The notes beneath the pieces are model-generated. The model ran no database searches and had not been told where the DNA came from. It saw only the letters and a program-made list of their open reading frames with translations. Below are positions 34,379-47,593 of a stretch of 48,337 bases of DNA, one piece after another. The stretch comes from Atractiella rhizophila (Eukaryota). The stretch lies in assembly GCA_021432655.1 (NCBI GenBank), contig MU271242.1, positions 62,001 to 110,337 on the forward strand. Reading direction: 5' to 3'. The position numbers and the translations under genes were made by a program. Every line of letters starts with the position of its first letter. Position 1 is the stretch's first letter.

Positions 34379-35808
34379 ATGCAGCAGTGGGGCCCTCCGA
34401 ACCAGCAGAAGAGAGCGCATCTCTACGTCGGCAACCTCTCGCCGCGTGTGACGGAGTTCATGCTCCAGGAGATCTTCTCCGTCGCAGGTGCTGTCTTGGG
34501 AGTGAAGATCATCCCCGATCGGACGTTTCAGCACGGAGGGTTGAACTATGGCTTCGTCGAATACCACGAGATGCGCGCCGCCGAAACGGCTCTGCAAACG
34601 CTCAATGGACGCAAGATCTTCGACACTGAGATCCGCGTCAACTGGGCGTATCAGAACCAGACGGCCAAGGAGGACTTGACGAATCATTTTCACGTCTTTG
34701 TGGGAGATTTGAGCCCGGAAGTGAACGATGAGGTGTTGCATAAGGCTTTCAGTGCGTTCCCGAGCTTGAGCGATGCGAGGGTGATGTGGGATATGAATAC
34801 GGGAAAGAGCCGAGGGTATGGATTTTTGGCGTTCAGGGACAAGGCGGATGCAGAGCAGGGAATCGCGACCATGAACGGCGAGTGGCTGGGCAGTCGAGCC
34901 ATCAGAGTGAATTGGGCGAATCAAAAGAATCAGGGAGGACCGACCGGTGCTGGACCTGGAATGCCGATGGGAGGAGGAGGAGGAGGAGCGATGCCTGGCG
35001 TCCCCACTGGTCCGAGAGCGGGAGCGGCGCCGATGCAATCGTACGCTCAACCGTCATATGATCAAGGTGCAGGTGCCGGACCTGCATTCAACAATACCAC
35101 GATCTACGTCGGCAATCTCGTGCCCTACACCACTCAAAACGACCTCATTCCGCTCTTCCAAGGGTATGGATACATCGTCGAGATCCGTATGCAATCCGAT
35201 CGCGGATTCGCCTTCGTCAAACTCGACAGCCACGAGAACGCGGCGAACGCCATCGTCTCTCTCAATGGAACCATGGTCCATAACCGTCCCCTCAAGTGCT
35301 CCTGGGGAAGAGATCGAATGGGCACCGAACCCGCTGGAACTGGACCCCCGCCTCAACAGCCGCAAATGCCCAATCCCGCAGTACCTGCGAGCTATCCCAA
35401 CGTTCGTCCCTCGTGCTCCCCCTTTTCTTTCTTTATTGATTGTGGGTATGGATTTAGGCACAAACGATGCCCTATGCGACCCAAGCATACCCCGGTTACA
35501 CCTACCCGTCTTACGCAGGTTACCCAGCTACGACCGGCGCCCAAACTACCCCGACTGCCCCGGCATCCGCTCCTGGCGCTGATCCGAACGCTGCGGCCAC
35601 AGCTGCAGCGTGGGGTACTCCCGGAGCTACCGACCCCGCGACGGCGGCGTATTATGCTTATTATTACCAGGTTCGTCCTCTCCTCCCATCTGTTCCGGTT
35701 ATGGTGCTGGTGCTGATGTCTGGTTTGATCGTGGAACAGCAACAGGCTGCAGCGCAGGCGGCAGCGGCTCAGCAGCAAGGCGAACATCAGCAACCACCCC
35801 CGCAGTAA
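34379..35808 (+). CDS. PUB1: Three-RRM poly(U)-binding protein, Pub1/TIA-1 family
   Basis: RRMs LYVGNL...NYGFVEY, VFVGDLSPEV...SRGYGFLAF...WLGSRAIRVNWANQK and IYVGNL...RGFAFV, then an A/Y/Q-rich tail over two introns. Confidence 0.9.
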
Positions 35809-36481
35809 ATATCCGGTTCTCCCCAATCCGACCAACCGAACGAGCGATCCAAAACAAAAGTATAAAGAGGTTTCTTTGCAAGGAGAAGTTTTTCAAGAGA
35901 GAATCCTTTTTAGCAGCAAGCAAGCAACGGTCTGGTGAAGAAAGATTAATGAAGAGCTATACTTTATTTACTTATCGACATGATCTCTCCACAAGACGAT
36001 TTTCCAGATTTTTGAGTCCGAGTTTGTTCCGTTAACTTTGTTGAATTCAAGTGCAACTGTGAGTGGTGCTGAGTGACTGAAGAGAGTGCTCGGTAGTGTG
36101 GTCTCGTTAGGTGCTTGATCGATCCCTACCCCCCTTTGTTCCTCTTCTCAACGATTTCAAGAACATGCACACACTTTCCTCCCCCTTCTCGTTCGGAGGA
36201 AGATAGAGAAGAGTTCTCCTTCACAATAACAGTCTGAGCATGCTTTCTTATATATATTGCATGAATTTCGATACGTTCATAGACGTTCAAGTCGCTGTGC
36301 CCCTTTTCTCGTGTCCAAGTTGAAGTTTCTCACCCAACCAAACAAGCAATCCGGTCGTCGAATCAGAGTCTTCAGCTTGACAATTTTAAGTTTTAACACA
36401 GAGCAATGACTAAATGGTCTAGGATCATTGCAAGGAAGGAACGATATAAGTACAACAACATCACCAGCACACCCTTCACAT

Positions 36482-37345
36482 TCATTCTATCCTTTCTTCC
36501 TCTTCCTCGTGCACCTGGAAATTGAGCGTCTCCAGCCTAGCATTCTTCCCTTTGAGTTCAGTATCTATGAGTTCGTTGATCAGTCGAAATTGACCAGGGT
36601 CGATTAGTCCAGACTTTCGATTTGGCGTCAGGTCACTCGACGTAGAGAGGGCGGAAGGACGTACAATTTCCCAATCGTCTCCCCAATCGTCCTCTTCCAC
36701 CGTCTGAAACATAGCAAGCACTTTATCCTTCACTCTTTTTCCCTCTTTGGCCTTGACTGTGAGCCGCACCCTCATCATGGCTCGATCAATGTTCAACACT
36801 TCCTTCTCCTTCAACTGCTTGATCAAATCTAGAGCCTGCGATTTCGATGACTTGTTCGTGTTGACTCCAAAATGAATTTGGGCCATCGCCTTCTCAATCA
36901 TGGATGGAGGGTAAGGACGATTGGACTCCGGATTGACCGTCTTTTCTGCGACGAGATTACAAATCTCCCTCCTGAGGTCTTCAATCCTGTTGTTCCTCTC
37001 CTTCTCTCCAACCTGAAATTCGCCCTTATTCAAGATTTCCATGACCACCGTATCCCTATCAGCCGTCCCGAAACACTTTTGCAAATCGTTCTTCGGCGCA
37101 ACTTGTCCTTTTGAGACGTTGAGGAACACTTCCTCGATTTGCAAGATCTCGGATAGGTCCTTTGTCACCCCAGAACGGAACTCGGCGACTTTGTTCTTGT
37201 AGCAAGCAATCTCGAAGCGCTTCCCTCCTTTACGAAGGCGGACGAGGGAGACATTAGTGAGCTTGATTTGGTTCGATGGTTGGTTGACTGCCGTGTTTGC
37301 TCAGCGAGGTCCGCGTGATGGAAAGCAGAGCTCACTTTGAGACAT
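36482..37345 (-). CDS. SDO1: Ribosome maturation factor SBDS/Sdo1
   Basis: MSQ|INQPSNQIKLTNVSLVRLRKGGKRFEIACYKNKV...VFLNVSKGQVA...KSSKSQALDLIKQL...LIDPGQFR. Confidence 0.95.
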
Positions 37346-37974
37346 CTTAAAGTTCTGCTAGACTCTGTCTTGTGTTGGCCTCACTGCAAGCACTGACACA
37401 AGGGAAAAGGCTGATATAGCCAAAGATGAATACTGTACGACTCGATTTTTACGTGATAGCCTGAGGGGCATAGATACTCAGCAAGCTCTAGGGGTCAATT
37501 GGATTACAATCTGAGCTAGGTGTCCTTTCGTAAAGCTTCTGTTGAACAAAACAATGCTTCAAATGTACGATTCCAATGAGCATAGGCAGCCAAAACAATG
37601 CCTTTCAAGAGTGATAATTTCGTGGTGAGGACCATCACAAGCAGAATCTTAAATGGCAGACCAAACGAGGTATAAGGTTTCTTGCCATCATGCGAACCAA
37701 TGTACTTTCACGGGGAAGGATAAGCATTGATTAGATGGATTTTTCTGTGCTTTCGCACGAACCTAAGTCATTAGTGTAGCAAGGGTCCAGAAGGCTGTGG
37801 TAGAGGAGCTCGAATATTGCTTGAAGTGGGATTGTCAATGGTGTGGCAGTAGAGCACCTCAGGAGTGAGGAAAGGGTCTGGAGACACAGAACATGGGGTT
37901 GCATAGAAATCGACGACTGGAGTGATAAAGAACATGGATCGTATGTAGGAGAGAAGAACGAAGTGTGCTCCCGA

Positions 37975-38284
37975 TTAACGCAGACGCCTAGTTGCAGTTC
38001 TCAACGCTAACCTATGCTGTAGGAAAGAGAAGACGAACCTAGCCTCTCTCTCGCTCTCAAGCAGCGCCAAAATGTCATTCTCCTTCACAGGTCCCTTAAC
38101 ATTCCGAATGATGGACCTCTGGTTGTCATCCAAGAATTCAACCCTGACTTGTGTTACTCCTCCCCTCGAACCTGTACGTCCGAGCACCTTAACGACTTTC
38201 GCAAGCTTGACGGGAGTTTTCGATGTCGTATCCTGCTCATTTCATTAATACAATCTCCTGTCAAAGGAAGCAGCAACTCACCAT
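37975..38284 (-). CDS. RPS28: 40S ribosomal protein S28 (eS28)
   Basis: ATG|intron|[33 protein letters not shown]...[12 protein letters not shown]. Confidence 0.97.
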
Positions 38285-38365
38285 CTTAGGTTAGGAGCCA
38301 ATCGATAAAAGAGACCTTGGAATTGAGCAGAAAAACAAAGAGCCACAACCATTTCCGGCCGTTAC

Positions 38366-38404
38366 ACTCACGTGAGTAGCCTTTCAACTTTGACGCGTCG
38401 CGTC
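38366..38404. promoter_or_regulatory. Palindromic CACGTG E-box and ACGCGT motif upstream of RPS28
   Basis: ACTCACGTGAGT (38366-38377) and TGACGCGTCGCGTC (38391-38404), 80-120 bp upstream of the ATG. Function is not demonstrated. Confidence 0.35.
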
Positions 38405-39362
38405 TGCTCCTCCCAGCATCGTTTCGCTCTGTTCTCTGTGTATATGTGCCTCGACTTCGTTCTCGATAATTAGGCGCTCACGTTTCTTTATTGTCTTTCC
38501 TTCTCACTGTCTCCTTATTGATATCAAAATTTAGGTCTCCTTTCGCAATATTTGGCTGCATTCTCGAGCAGGTGTCAGGCACCAGAGCATTTTCCGTTCA
38601 CATTCACAAGCAAATAAATAAGCACGGCAGCCAACTGGGAAGCATATTAAACTCATATCAAAACTCTTACTCTCCCTGGAGATCATTGATGCATTATTGG
38701 CTAAAGTACATTTCGAACCTTACGAAGAAGGCGTGCAGCTGAGGACCGGAGCCCATGCAATCTTTCTTCCGTCCGTATCTCCAAATCCCTTTTCCCTTTG
38801 ATTTTGTAGGCTTACAAACAAGCCAGGCCTAGGCAACATAACTGGTGGGCTTCGAACACGATTTACCTCCCTCCTTAGACCCATTAGAGGCTCTGATGAG
38901 ATAAAATGAATTGTTCATTGGGAGTCGATCTAGTTCCAATGCACTCAAATGAGTCTGAATATCCTGGACTTACTGAAACAGCGAAAGTAACAATTAACCT
39001 GCTATCTTTAAAAGGACTCAAACAAGCTTCGAACTTCCTACGTGCTCAGCCAATTGGTTACATTTCCTGTATTATTTGTGGGTAACCTATTTGTTCCTGC
39101 AACAGTAGACTTCCAAAGCCTTGTCGTGCCTGGTGTCTTCGCTGTCAGTTGGCCATCAAAAAGAAATTTTGAGCTTGCACAAGTCGCGTGAACATCATTA
39201 GAAGGAGCATGTAAAACTTGTGTTGTTTACTTACAAAACAAGGTGTATGTAATATTTCACAAAGATTTCACATGCTGCGCGGTAAACTTTTTCAGCAGTA
39301 TATAAACCCGCTGCCTGCCTGGTTTTTCCCCAGAACAGTGCGTCCATTTTTCCCCTTTGGAG

Positions 39363-41010
39363 ATGCTTGCTGATTTATCTTCGACAGTACTTTTACGGGA
39401 TCTATTTAAAGTAGATTTCCATGTTCTGCTTGCTCAAGCAAGCCACAATCTCCACCCTCGAAGATGAGGTAGAAGCTCGCATCCCTTTTAGAGTGAGGTC
39501 TTTCGTCTTCCCTTCCTTTGGAGGTGGAAGACGCTCGAAGAACTCGGTCTAAGGGGAACCTCAGCCTGAAAAGGTTGTTGACAGCTGAAGTGACGATGTA
39601 AAAGTCGGAACGGAAGTGTCTTCATGGACCTGGGATGCGAGTTACTCTGAGCGGGCTTGGACTTTCGTTCTTGTTTTGTAGCATATTACAGTACCCTAGG
39701 AAAATGATAATTGCTATTTTATCAGTACGTATGCGATGCATCCAAATGGTTGCAGAACGGACCACAGGCTCCATTTGATTTGTCAAGTTTCTGTCTATCT
39801 ATGCCGTCTGGAGCGTTGGACGATAATGGACCTATGTAAGTATCGCTTCCTCACAGAATTGCAGATGTCGGAGCTACGTTCGGTTCAGTGTGGGAACACA
39901 AATCCTTTGAGGTCATGCAGCAAACTGCACCAGTGACAGGTCGTCTCAGGTTCAATACTCTTGAAATGAAATCATCAACCGCTCATTCAGGTCGGCCTGT
40001 AGCTCGCAGAACGATAGTTTTCTCCTTCCAGCAGTCGAGTGGACGCAACATTTTTGAGGAGCAGGAGAAAACTTGTCGGGAGGATTGTCGCTCGATTGCA
40101 CAGTGCCAAACTCAGGTACTTGCATATCATCACGTTGATCGTTCACACCAGTGGAATCAAGCTGCCTAACTTCATTGTTGCGTTGATGGTTTCCATCAGA
40201 CAAACCAATCAAACCGCCACACTCGATATCACGGAGAATGAAAAAGTGAGGGTTACTCTGCTACTGCATTCATCGATATTCATCTCTTCACGCGTCCATG
40301 AACAACGTCCAGATAATGATGTTGCATAAAGCAGGATATGTGCGGTATTTTTGTCATTTTGAGACGCTGAATGCTGACACTATCGTTCGCTTCAGTGTTG
40401 GGTTCGATGATCACAAACGCTTCTGTGATGATTATTCGACATCAGCTCTAGGACGAAATGCAGTTCCAGATATCTGCATGAAACATCGTCATCTTTTCAA
40501 CCATATCGGTGAATGGCAGAAGCTTGGATACCTTATTTCCCCCGCCCTTTCGAACGAAAAAAGTGAGTCAAATAATTTCTTCAGTGCTGGTATCACAGCA
40601 ACTTCTAACCACGCCGATGCCATGAACTTGCCCTTCCCTTCCTATAACGTGGAATCTGAAGCGTTCAAGGTCAAAGCCGAGGCATTATCGACGAAGGCTT
40701 TCTTGGTCACGGTTGCTTAGGAAGGGGGAGAGAAGCAGATCGTTTCGTTTCAGCCAAGTGGGACCTCCAGAACAAAGTGGATACAAAGATGGATTATGTA
40801 TTCAGTTTCAAAGGTGGCGCTCAATGTGGCAATCATAAAGCTTGCTGTTGTGCTTGGAAAGAGGGATTATCTCTCTTGTCACCTTGTCCATGCTCATTCG
40901 GTCAAGACAAGACAGATAGGGGTGACTCCCCTCCTTCTGACCGACTGCACAGGCACGCACGACGCTCTCACGACCGCAGAGGAAAGCGTTACGACAAGGT
41001 AAACAGTTGT
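39363..41010 (+). pseudogene. Degenerate multi-exon gene relic of unknown family
   Basis: TATAAA at ~39300, then short protein-like stretches with intron-like signals but broken frames. Boundaries are approximate. Confidence 0.25.
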
Positions 41011-41353
41011 TAAAGAAAGCCAGCTTTGTTTTTGAGATGTTGATGGAATCTCTGGCGGATTCTAAAGGAGATGTAGCAAACAATCAACTTGTTCACTGCT
41101 CCATATTGATGGATGATAGCTTCCATCCTATCACGAAATCAGAACAACTGCGTGCATTTATGACATTATAAGCCATAATAATGCCTTTCCTAAGCGACAG
41201 AAATGGTGAGAGGTGGCTGTTGTTGGCGATTGCGATTGAGGAGGTAGGTTCCGGAAATTGCCACCCCACAACGACGACCTTCTCCTATCTTGTGAACTCC
41301 TCCAGCGAGACTCCACCCAGACACTCGTACCGCACTGAAGGATAGAGAGAAGC

Positions 41354-43503
41354 ATGGCACGCAGGGGCAGGGCAGGGGGCGTGTTCGGCCTCCAGTTCAG
41401 CTCGTCCATCGACGTCGCCATCACCAACGCGCTGTCCAACTCGGACTCGCTCCCACTCAGCCAGCAGCTCGTGGGCACGCCCTCGCACGACGTCCCCGGC
41501 AGCGCACCCACGCAGCGGCACAACCCGGACTCGACCCTCACCCTCCTCCTGCCGCTCCTCATCCTCATCTCCACCCTCCTCAGCCTCCTCCTCCTCTTCG
41601 TCCTCTTCCTCATCGTCATCAAGCGCAGGAGGGGAGGCATCGCGCTCAGAGACGACGATGGACCACTCGATTTGAGCAGGGAGGACGACCTGGGCGAGGC
41701 GGAGGGTGGATTCGAGGGTGTGGAGGAGAGGTGGCTGGAGAGCGTGAGCCCGGCTGAGCGAGAGGGATATCTGAGGGCGAAGAGTGCGTTTTTTGCATTT
41801 TTTATCGGGCATCATTCATTTGTCATCCCGTAGCATATCAAGCGCAATATCCACCGAATTCCCTCCCCACAGACATCACCCTCTCTCAGTTCCTATCCAT
41901 CCAAGAAAAAGGTGTCTCCGCTTGGACCTTTGAACCTTCGTACGACAGCAATCCCCATATACCGATCATGGTCCAAAGCCGGACAGAAATCACCTTCCTA
42001 GAAGGCGGAGACTACCCCTGCTGTGTGCAGAGCAACCTCCCCCTGCCAAGGTTGAACGAGACATACTATTGGGAATGCAAGCTGTACGACATCGGGGAGG
42101 GCGTGAACGTCTGTCTTGGGCTGGCCACCAAACCTTTCCCTTCTTTCCGACTGCCAGGTGTGTTCTCCTTCGCTCACTATCACGAGAGAGAAAGAGTGTG
42201 CTGATATTTGGATGAAGGGACATGCAGGTACTCGATCGCTTACAACTCGATAGACGGATTCAAATCCCACACCCTCCCCTTCTTCAGCACATCGTACGGC
42301 CCACCGCTCACCTCCGGAGATATCCTCGGCATCGCCTACCGTCCTCGCAGTGGCGTCGTCTTCTTCACGCGCAACGGAAAGAGGCTAGAAGACGCATATA
42401 TCGGCTTGAACAAGTCCCCGCACACCATCAACCTCTTCCCGACCGTGGGATCGGATGGGCCGGTGAAGGTGGAAGTCAATTTGGGACAGAACGGATTTAA
42501 TTTTATTGAGGCGAATGTCAAGAAGTGGGGTCTCGCCCCGTCTATGGGGACCCTTGGTCCCCCGCCTGCGTATGGGAGTGAGGGTGGGAGCATATTGTTG
42601 CAGACGGGAAATGGGGGTGGACCTAGCACTTCTGCTGCTGCAGGAAGCAGTGGGAGTGGGATGGGCGATAGGGATAGACGGACAAGGAGAGTGGCGAGGG
42701 TATCACATCGGCATACGGCCAGCATGCCCGACCTACCCACCAGCCCCGCCTCCACTTCCACCTCCACCGCACACGCGGCCACAGCGCACCAACCCATCCG
42801 TCCCTCGCCCCTCCGAACATCCATCTCCCCCGCCCACGCGAACCGTTCCACGTCCCCCTCTCCGCCGGACTCCCACTCCTCCCACTCCAACTCGAACGGC
42901 CGAAACTCCATCCTCTCCCACGCCTCCTTCGACACCGATGCGGAGGCCGGGGAGGAGTTAGAGATGGACGACCACCGCGAAGAGCGCTCTCCCTCCCCCT
43001 CCGCAGCGTCCAACGCCACAAACACCACCGTGACGGAACCCCAAGCGTCGACGAGCCAGGTCCCGATCCAACCTCCCGAATACAGGATCATCGATCCGTA
43101 CCGATACGCGGAGGGGGTGGCGGAATCCATACTCGAGGAACTCTTTCACACGCACGGTTCCACCCTCTTAGGCCGTGGCGGACCCGGCGACGCTCAGCGC
43201 GAGAACCTCCTCGCTGGGTTCAGGTCTCAAGGGTTGGATCCGGCGCAGGCTATTGCGGCTAGTGGAAGGGATATGGCGCTTGGAAGCCCGGGCAGTTATG
43301 AGGGTAGGAGCGTCATGACACCCGCTCCGCCATCATCGAGGGGCAGGGAGGAGGGAAGGGGAAGGGAGGAGGGAGAGGAGGGGAGAGGGTGGGGTGGCAG
43401 GATTTGGAATGCGTTCAATGGGAGTGGGAGCGGGAATGGAAACCCGAATGCGAACCCGAGTGCGAGCACGAGTGGAAGTGGAAGCGGGAGGCGGAGGCAG
43501 TGA
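41354..43503 (+). CDS. SSH4: SPRY-domain membrane protein, Ssh4/Ear1 family (Rsp5 adaptor)
   Basis: N-terminal TM helix, TDITLSQFLSIQEKGVSAWTFEP, SPRY core (VQSNLPLP...YWECK...GLATKPFP...FFTRNGKRL...LFPTVG...VNLGQ), PY motifs PPAY and PPEY. Confidence 0.9.
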
Positions 43504-44263
43504 TTGGTCGCTTTCTTTCTTTCTTTCGAGTCCATCCTTTGACTTTGACTCGACGATGGAGGAGGTCGACATGGATGAGATGAGATGGATTGGAACGTTT
43601 CGAATGCTTGTCTTATCTATCTATCCCATTTTTTCTTCCCTCCTCAAGCTGTTCTCTCAACAATTTACACTCTCAATCGACTTCTGGATTCAGTCAATGA
43701 TGTCTTTGCGAATTCGTAAGATGTGCATTATTATTGCTTTGTCTGTTTATCCCGACCCTCCCTGTGTCCACGTGTTTCCCCAGGCACCTCAGAGAGATGA
43801 GATGGTTGTCGAGTCCAAAATGGAATGAGACAATCAGACACAGATTGGACGATTGGACTGATCGGGAATCCGTGTTCTGGGCAGTGGCAAACTTTTGTGA
43901 CGACGATGGACCTCCTGCATCTGCCCACCGTTAGAGACGACGACCGATTCCACGACGAGCATGGCTGGATCGACTGCTGTGTTGGAGCAGGGGAAGGACC
44001 GTGAAGTATGCTCTTACGAAAAGGTTCGCTTCTGCTCTCTCCGTCGTGTTGGTCTTCGGGTGGGGTGCTCGTGATATTGATATTTTTGTACCAGGATCTC
44101 CTACTCATAAGGATTTAACGGGTGCAGCGAGATGATTGGTAGTCAGGTCCAAGGTTAAAAAATATTAAGAGTGCTTTTCAATCTTCGTAGTGGTTACCAA
44201 GCAAGCAAAAGAATAAAACACTCCCTTAGCCCGACTGACATAGCTCGTAGGCCGTTAGGTTTG

Positions 44264-44780
44264 TGTAACCCTACCCCCTAGCACATGATCGGAGACCTTT
44301 GTCTACTTATACTGGTGGCCAAGCACCAAACAAAGAGAAGGGAGTACAACTGTACCATGTCCCTGTCAACATCAGATCTTTAGGAACGTTACTTAGGAGC
44401 CAGGTTAGGTGTTTACACGGTAATTGTTCGGGAAGTACTATAGCCGGATACCGGTACTGTACTAAACCAAACAGTAGAACGGAAACTGTATAAGCTATTT
44501 TTAGAGTTTCAACATCCGACGACTTTACCTTTCCTGTACGAAACATCCCATAGAGTAAAGGTTAGTCCAAGAGGAATTCGACTCCGTGGAGTGAGTCCTC
44601 TCCTTGAACCACGTGGCTATCACCTCCCTAACATGTATCGGGTTCATAGTATAAAGGTCAGATAACGTAGGAAGCAAGATTGTTTATCGTTGTTATGTTT
44701 TGACTTGCTTTTCGTCTGCTTTACGGTTGTTTGAGTTTTCACTCAATTGGAAAATTTACACGTGGTTGTCATTCGTTACA
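44264..44780 (+). mobile_element. Putative retrotransposon LTR (517 bp)
   Basis: Bounded by the inverted termini TGTAAC...GTTACA with an internal TATAAA (~44650). No TSD and no second copy in the window. Confidence 0.4.
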
Positions 44781-45900
44781 ATAGTCAAATGGGGGAGCAG
44801 TACGCTCCCACTAGGAAGCCTTAGTTCGCTAGAGTTGAACCGGGTAAGGGAGTATAGTGGGGGCAGTGATAGCTTGGGAGAGAGGGAGGTGGTACAGTGG
44901 CAGGAGAGGGAGAGGGAGAAAGGAGGTTAGCGTAGGAGTTAGCGGAGGAGGTGTAGGCGGGTTGCTTTGGTCTAGAAGGAGGGCGAGAGGTCGGTGGTGA
45001 CGTTTGAAAGGTGAGACGTGACAGCGCAGCGGCGGTACTCCTGAAGGAACAGTATCTCTTCGAGCATTGGCGAGCTACGGGTGGTTAGCTCTTCCTCCTC
45101 CAACGGAAATTGCCTCTCAACCTACTCACGCCGAAACCACATAAATTGCCCATCTGGCCTCCTAAAGGTGGTCAGGTTTCCAAGCCCCCTCCACTCCCGC
45201 TTTAGCTCCTGCAAACGCTAGAACTCGCCCTCCGGGCTATCAAAGGTGGTGACGTCCTGGAGCTGAACCAAGTAACAGCAGCGCAATGAGTCACGCTCGA
45301 GGCTTATGAAGTTAAGGTTAGGACTCAAGAAGGTGGTGAGGTTCTAGAGGTGCACAGGTACAGCTGAGCGGAGCAGGTAGCGAACATGTGGCTGTAACAA
45401 GTACGGATGCGGAAGAGCAAATGGGGTAAGGTTCTGAGGCTGAGCTAAGGTTGCGGCTCCGGTCCCACCTCTTCTCCGTAAGCACGAGCGTGTTAACCCT
45501 CTCTTCCCGTCCCTCCGCTCTCACCTTCTTCCTATCTTCCACATCCATCCTCTTAGCCTGGTACTGGTAGTGAGGGGTCGCCACTTTCACCAACGAGGAA
45601 GGAGCTCAAAAGCTGCCGTGCTCCTTCACGCTCGCCACTCCTACCGTGCCAGCTCTCGCCACCTCTCGAGGTTGGTACCTCACCAATATCCATCTACTAC
45701 CCCTTAACGGTCGCAAAGCGTATTGAAATAGGTGGGCTACGTGCAAGGTAGTCAGGGTTGCGCACCAAACTCGTACCCTTCTTGCGTGGAGGGTTAGTAG
45801 ACAGCGGAGGTCTTAGACGTTGAACTCAAGGGTTCCGTTCGCAACCTACGGGAAGACGGTGATGTGGGTCAGGTTGTGTGCGCGTACCTGTCCTTACTGG
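44781..45900 (-). pseudogene. Degenerate intron-containing coding relic with TpA excess, probably repeat-associated
   Basis: Clean minus-strand intron 45129-45075 (gtgagt...gctaac...cgtag). Protein-like frames are broken by TAG/TAA. Ends at the assembly gap. Confidence 0.35.
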
Positions 45901-45925
45901 NNNNNNNNNNNNNNNNNNNNNNNNN
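45901..45925. other. Assembly gap (25 N)
   Basis: Run of n characters. Confidence 1.
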
Positions 45926-46318
45926 CCTTTGGACTGGTGGAAATCCTCTGGTCTACCCGTGAAATACACCAAAGCCGCACTCATCCAACTCTCCGTTAAA
46001 GGCAACCTCCTCCTTCTCGATTGGTGGGCATCGAGCGGTTACGAGCTTCTCTATGACAAGGAAGTCCTCATGGCGGCGACGCGAAAGTGTAGAGTGGAAA
46101 GCTTGCAGTGGTGGCTGGAGAGCGGGAGGAAGATCTGGTTTCGGTGGGCGGACGTAGAGGAGGCGATTGAGGATGCGATTGGAGGGAAGAGGGAAAGAGA
46201 GAGGACGGTGACATGGTGGAGGGAGAGAGGGTTCGATAGTGACGGGGGTGATATGAGGGAATGGGCCAAGTTGAGATCGCTTGATTCCGAAGGATCACCT
46301 TCGCAAGACGCTGGGTAA
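45926..46318 (+). CDS. 3' end of a fungal ankyrin-like repeat protein (5' part not present after the gap)
   Basis: Repeating LDWWxxSG units: LDWWKSSGLPVKY, LDWWASSGYELLY, LQWWLESG. Confidence 0.7.
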   Translation, partial: PLDWWKSSGLPVKYTKAALIQLSVKGNLLLLDWWASSGYELLYDKEVLMAATRKCRVESLQWWLESGRKIWFRWADVEEAIEDAIGGKRERERTVTWWRERGFDSDGGDMREWAKLRSLDSEGSPSQDAG

Positions 46319-47593
46319 GCTACTTACATTGCTTGCTGTTGGATGCACATTTAAAAGGTTAACTCACTTTTGAGTTTGTTGGCATTTCGTCTGCTTTTCG
46401 TTCAGTTTTGTATTGTTGCTCTTTGTTAGAACGATGGATGCAATAGACTGAAATCTGATATTTGGGGCTGTGTACAATGCATCCACTATCGGTGCACCAA
46501 GTTCCTCTCCTGGGTGAAGTGCGTCAGCTTAAAGAGAACCTGATTGGAAATGAGATGCCCTACAAAGCACTGCATGTCCTTTCCATTTAGGCAGCCTACA
46601 ACTTTGAGATTTTTATCGAATATGTCAAAGGCAAGATGACAAACCAAAATCACTTCATGGCCATAGGCCGATATCATGAAGGGCTTGTTAATGGCACATT
46701 TGTGGATGGAACGAGGATTCATTGCAAGGATTTCTAGACTACAACTGTCCCTGTACCATGTCAACACGAGCGAAGAGAAACAAACCACTAACCGGTGGTC
46801 ATATTCATCTGTTTTCCATAGGCTAGTACACGATCCCCCATCCCAATGTGTTTGGAATGCCGGATGCTCGATACCATCAGCCCGATTCCCTCACAGAGTA
46901 AGAAACGAACGAACCCATTGGTGATGCTTATAACTTTCGTGAGAATTAGGAACCTGGACATCCTGATGGTTAGTAGAGCGACGTGGGCAATTTAGGGATA
47001 CTCATCTCTAGGACCATGTGGCCGTGAGGTCTCGAATTGAAATGATGAGCTATGTCTTCGAAGCGAAAAAGTGCGGGACTCATCTTTTCTACCTTCCACC
47101 TGTGCCTTGAAGCAATCTAATCAATTGAAGACAAGTGAGAAAAGGCAACAAGACGTACGATGATTTTCTAGCATGTTAAGATTCTCTTTCAAGGTGATGG
47201 ATCCTACCCCTGCTCCAATTGTCGCCTGCGAAAACGGAGGAGAGGGTGAGGGCAACTCGCAACGATTCATCAGTGTCAATGGTTGGACACTAGTTGTCGG
47301 ACGTCCATCGGGTACCCATAACGTTAGCACAATTGAACCTGCCCCATGTTAGTTCTGAAGAATAAGTTAGGAAGCGCGCAAGAGAGAAGCAAGGAAATAG
47401 AGAACCAAAAGAAACCAAAATCTTAAACATAAAAACCAAAACAGAGGACCAAGAACCGAACTGCACCAGAGAGAATCAATCGCAATCAGAATAAATAAGA
47501 ATAAATAGGCCAAAAAGAGAAAAAAAGAAACACGAGTGGTCAACCTAGGAGGCGACAACGTTGACGAGGAAGCACGCGGGGTCTGATGATCGT

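Noticed and set aside
34283..35050. 255-aa antisense ORF over PUB1 (and similar shadow ORFs over SSH4 and SLX4)
   Set aside because: Antisense shadows of codon-biased real genes, with no recognisable motifs.
37400..37950. snoRNA or other ncRNA between RPS28 and SDO1
   Set aside because: No convincing box C/D pair with a terminal stem. An Infernal search would be needed.
46486..47330. Coding gene on the minus strand
   Set aside because: Only short broken frames, with no family motif and no consistent splice model.
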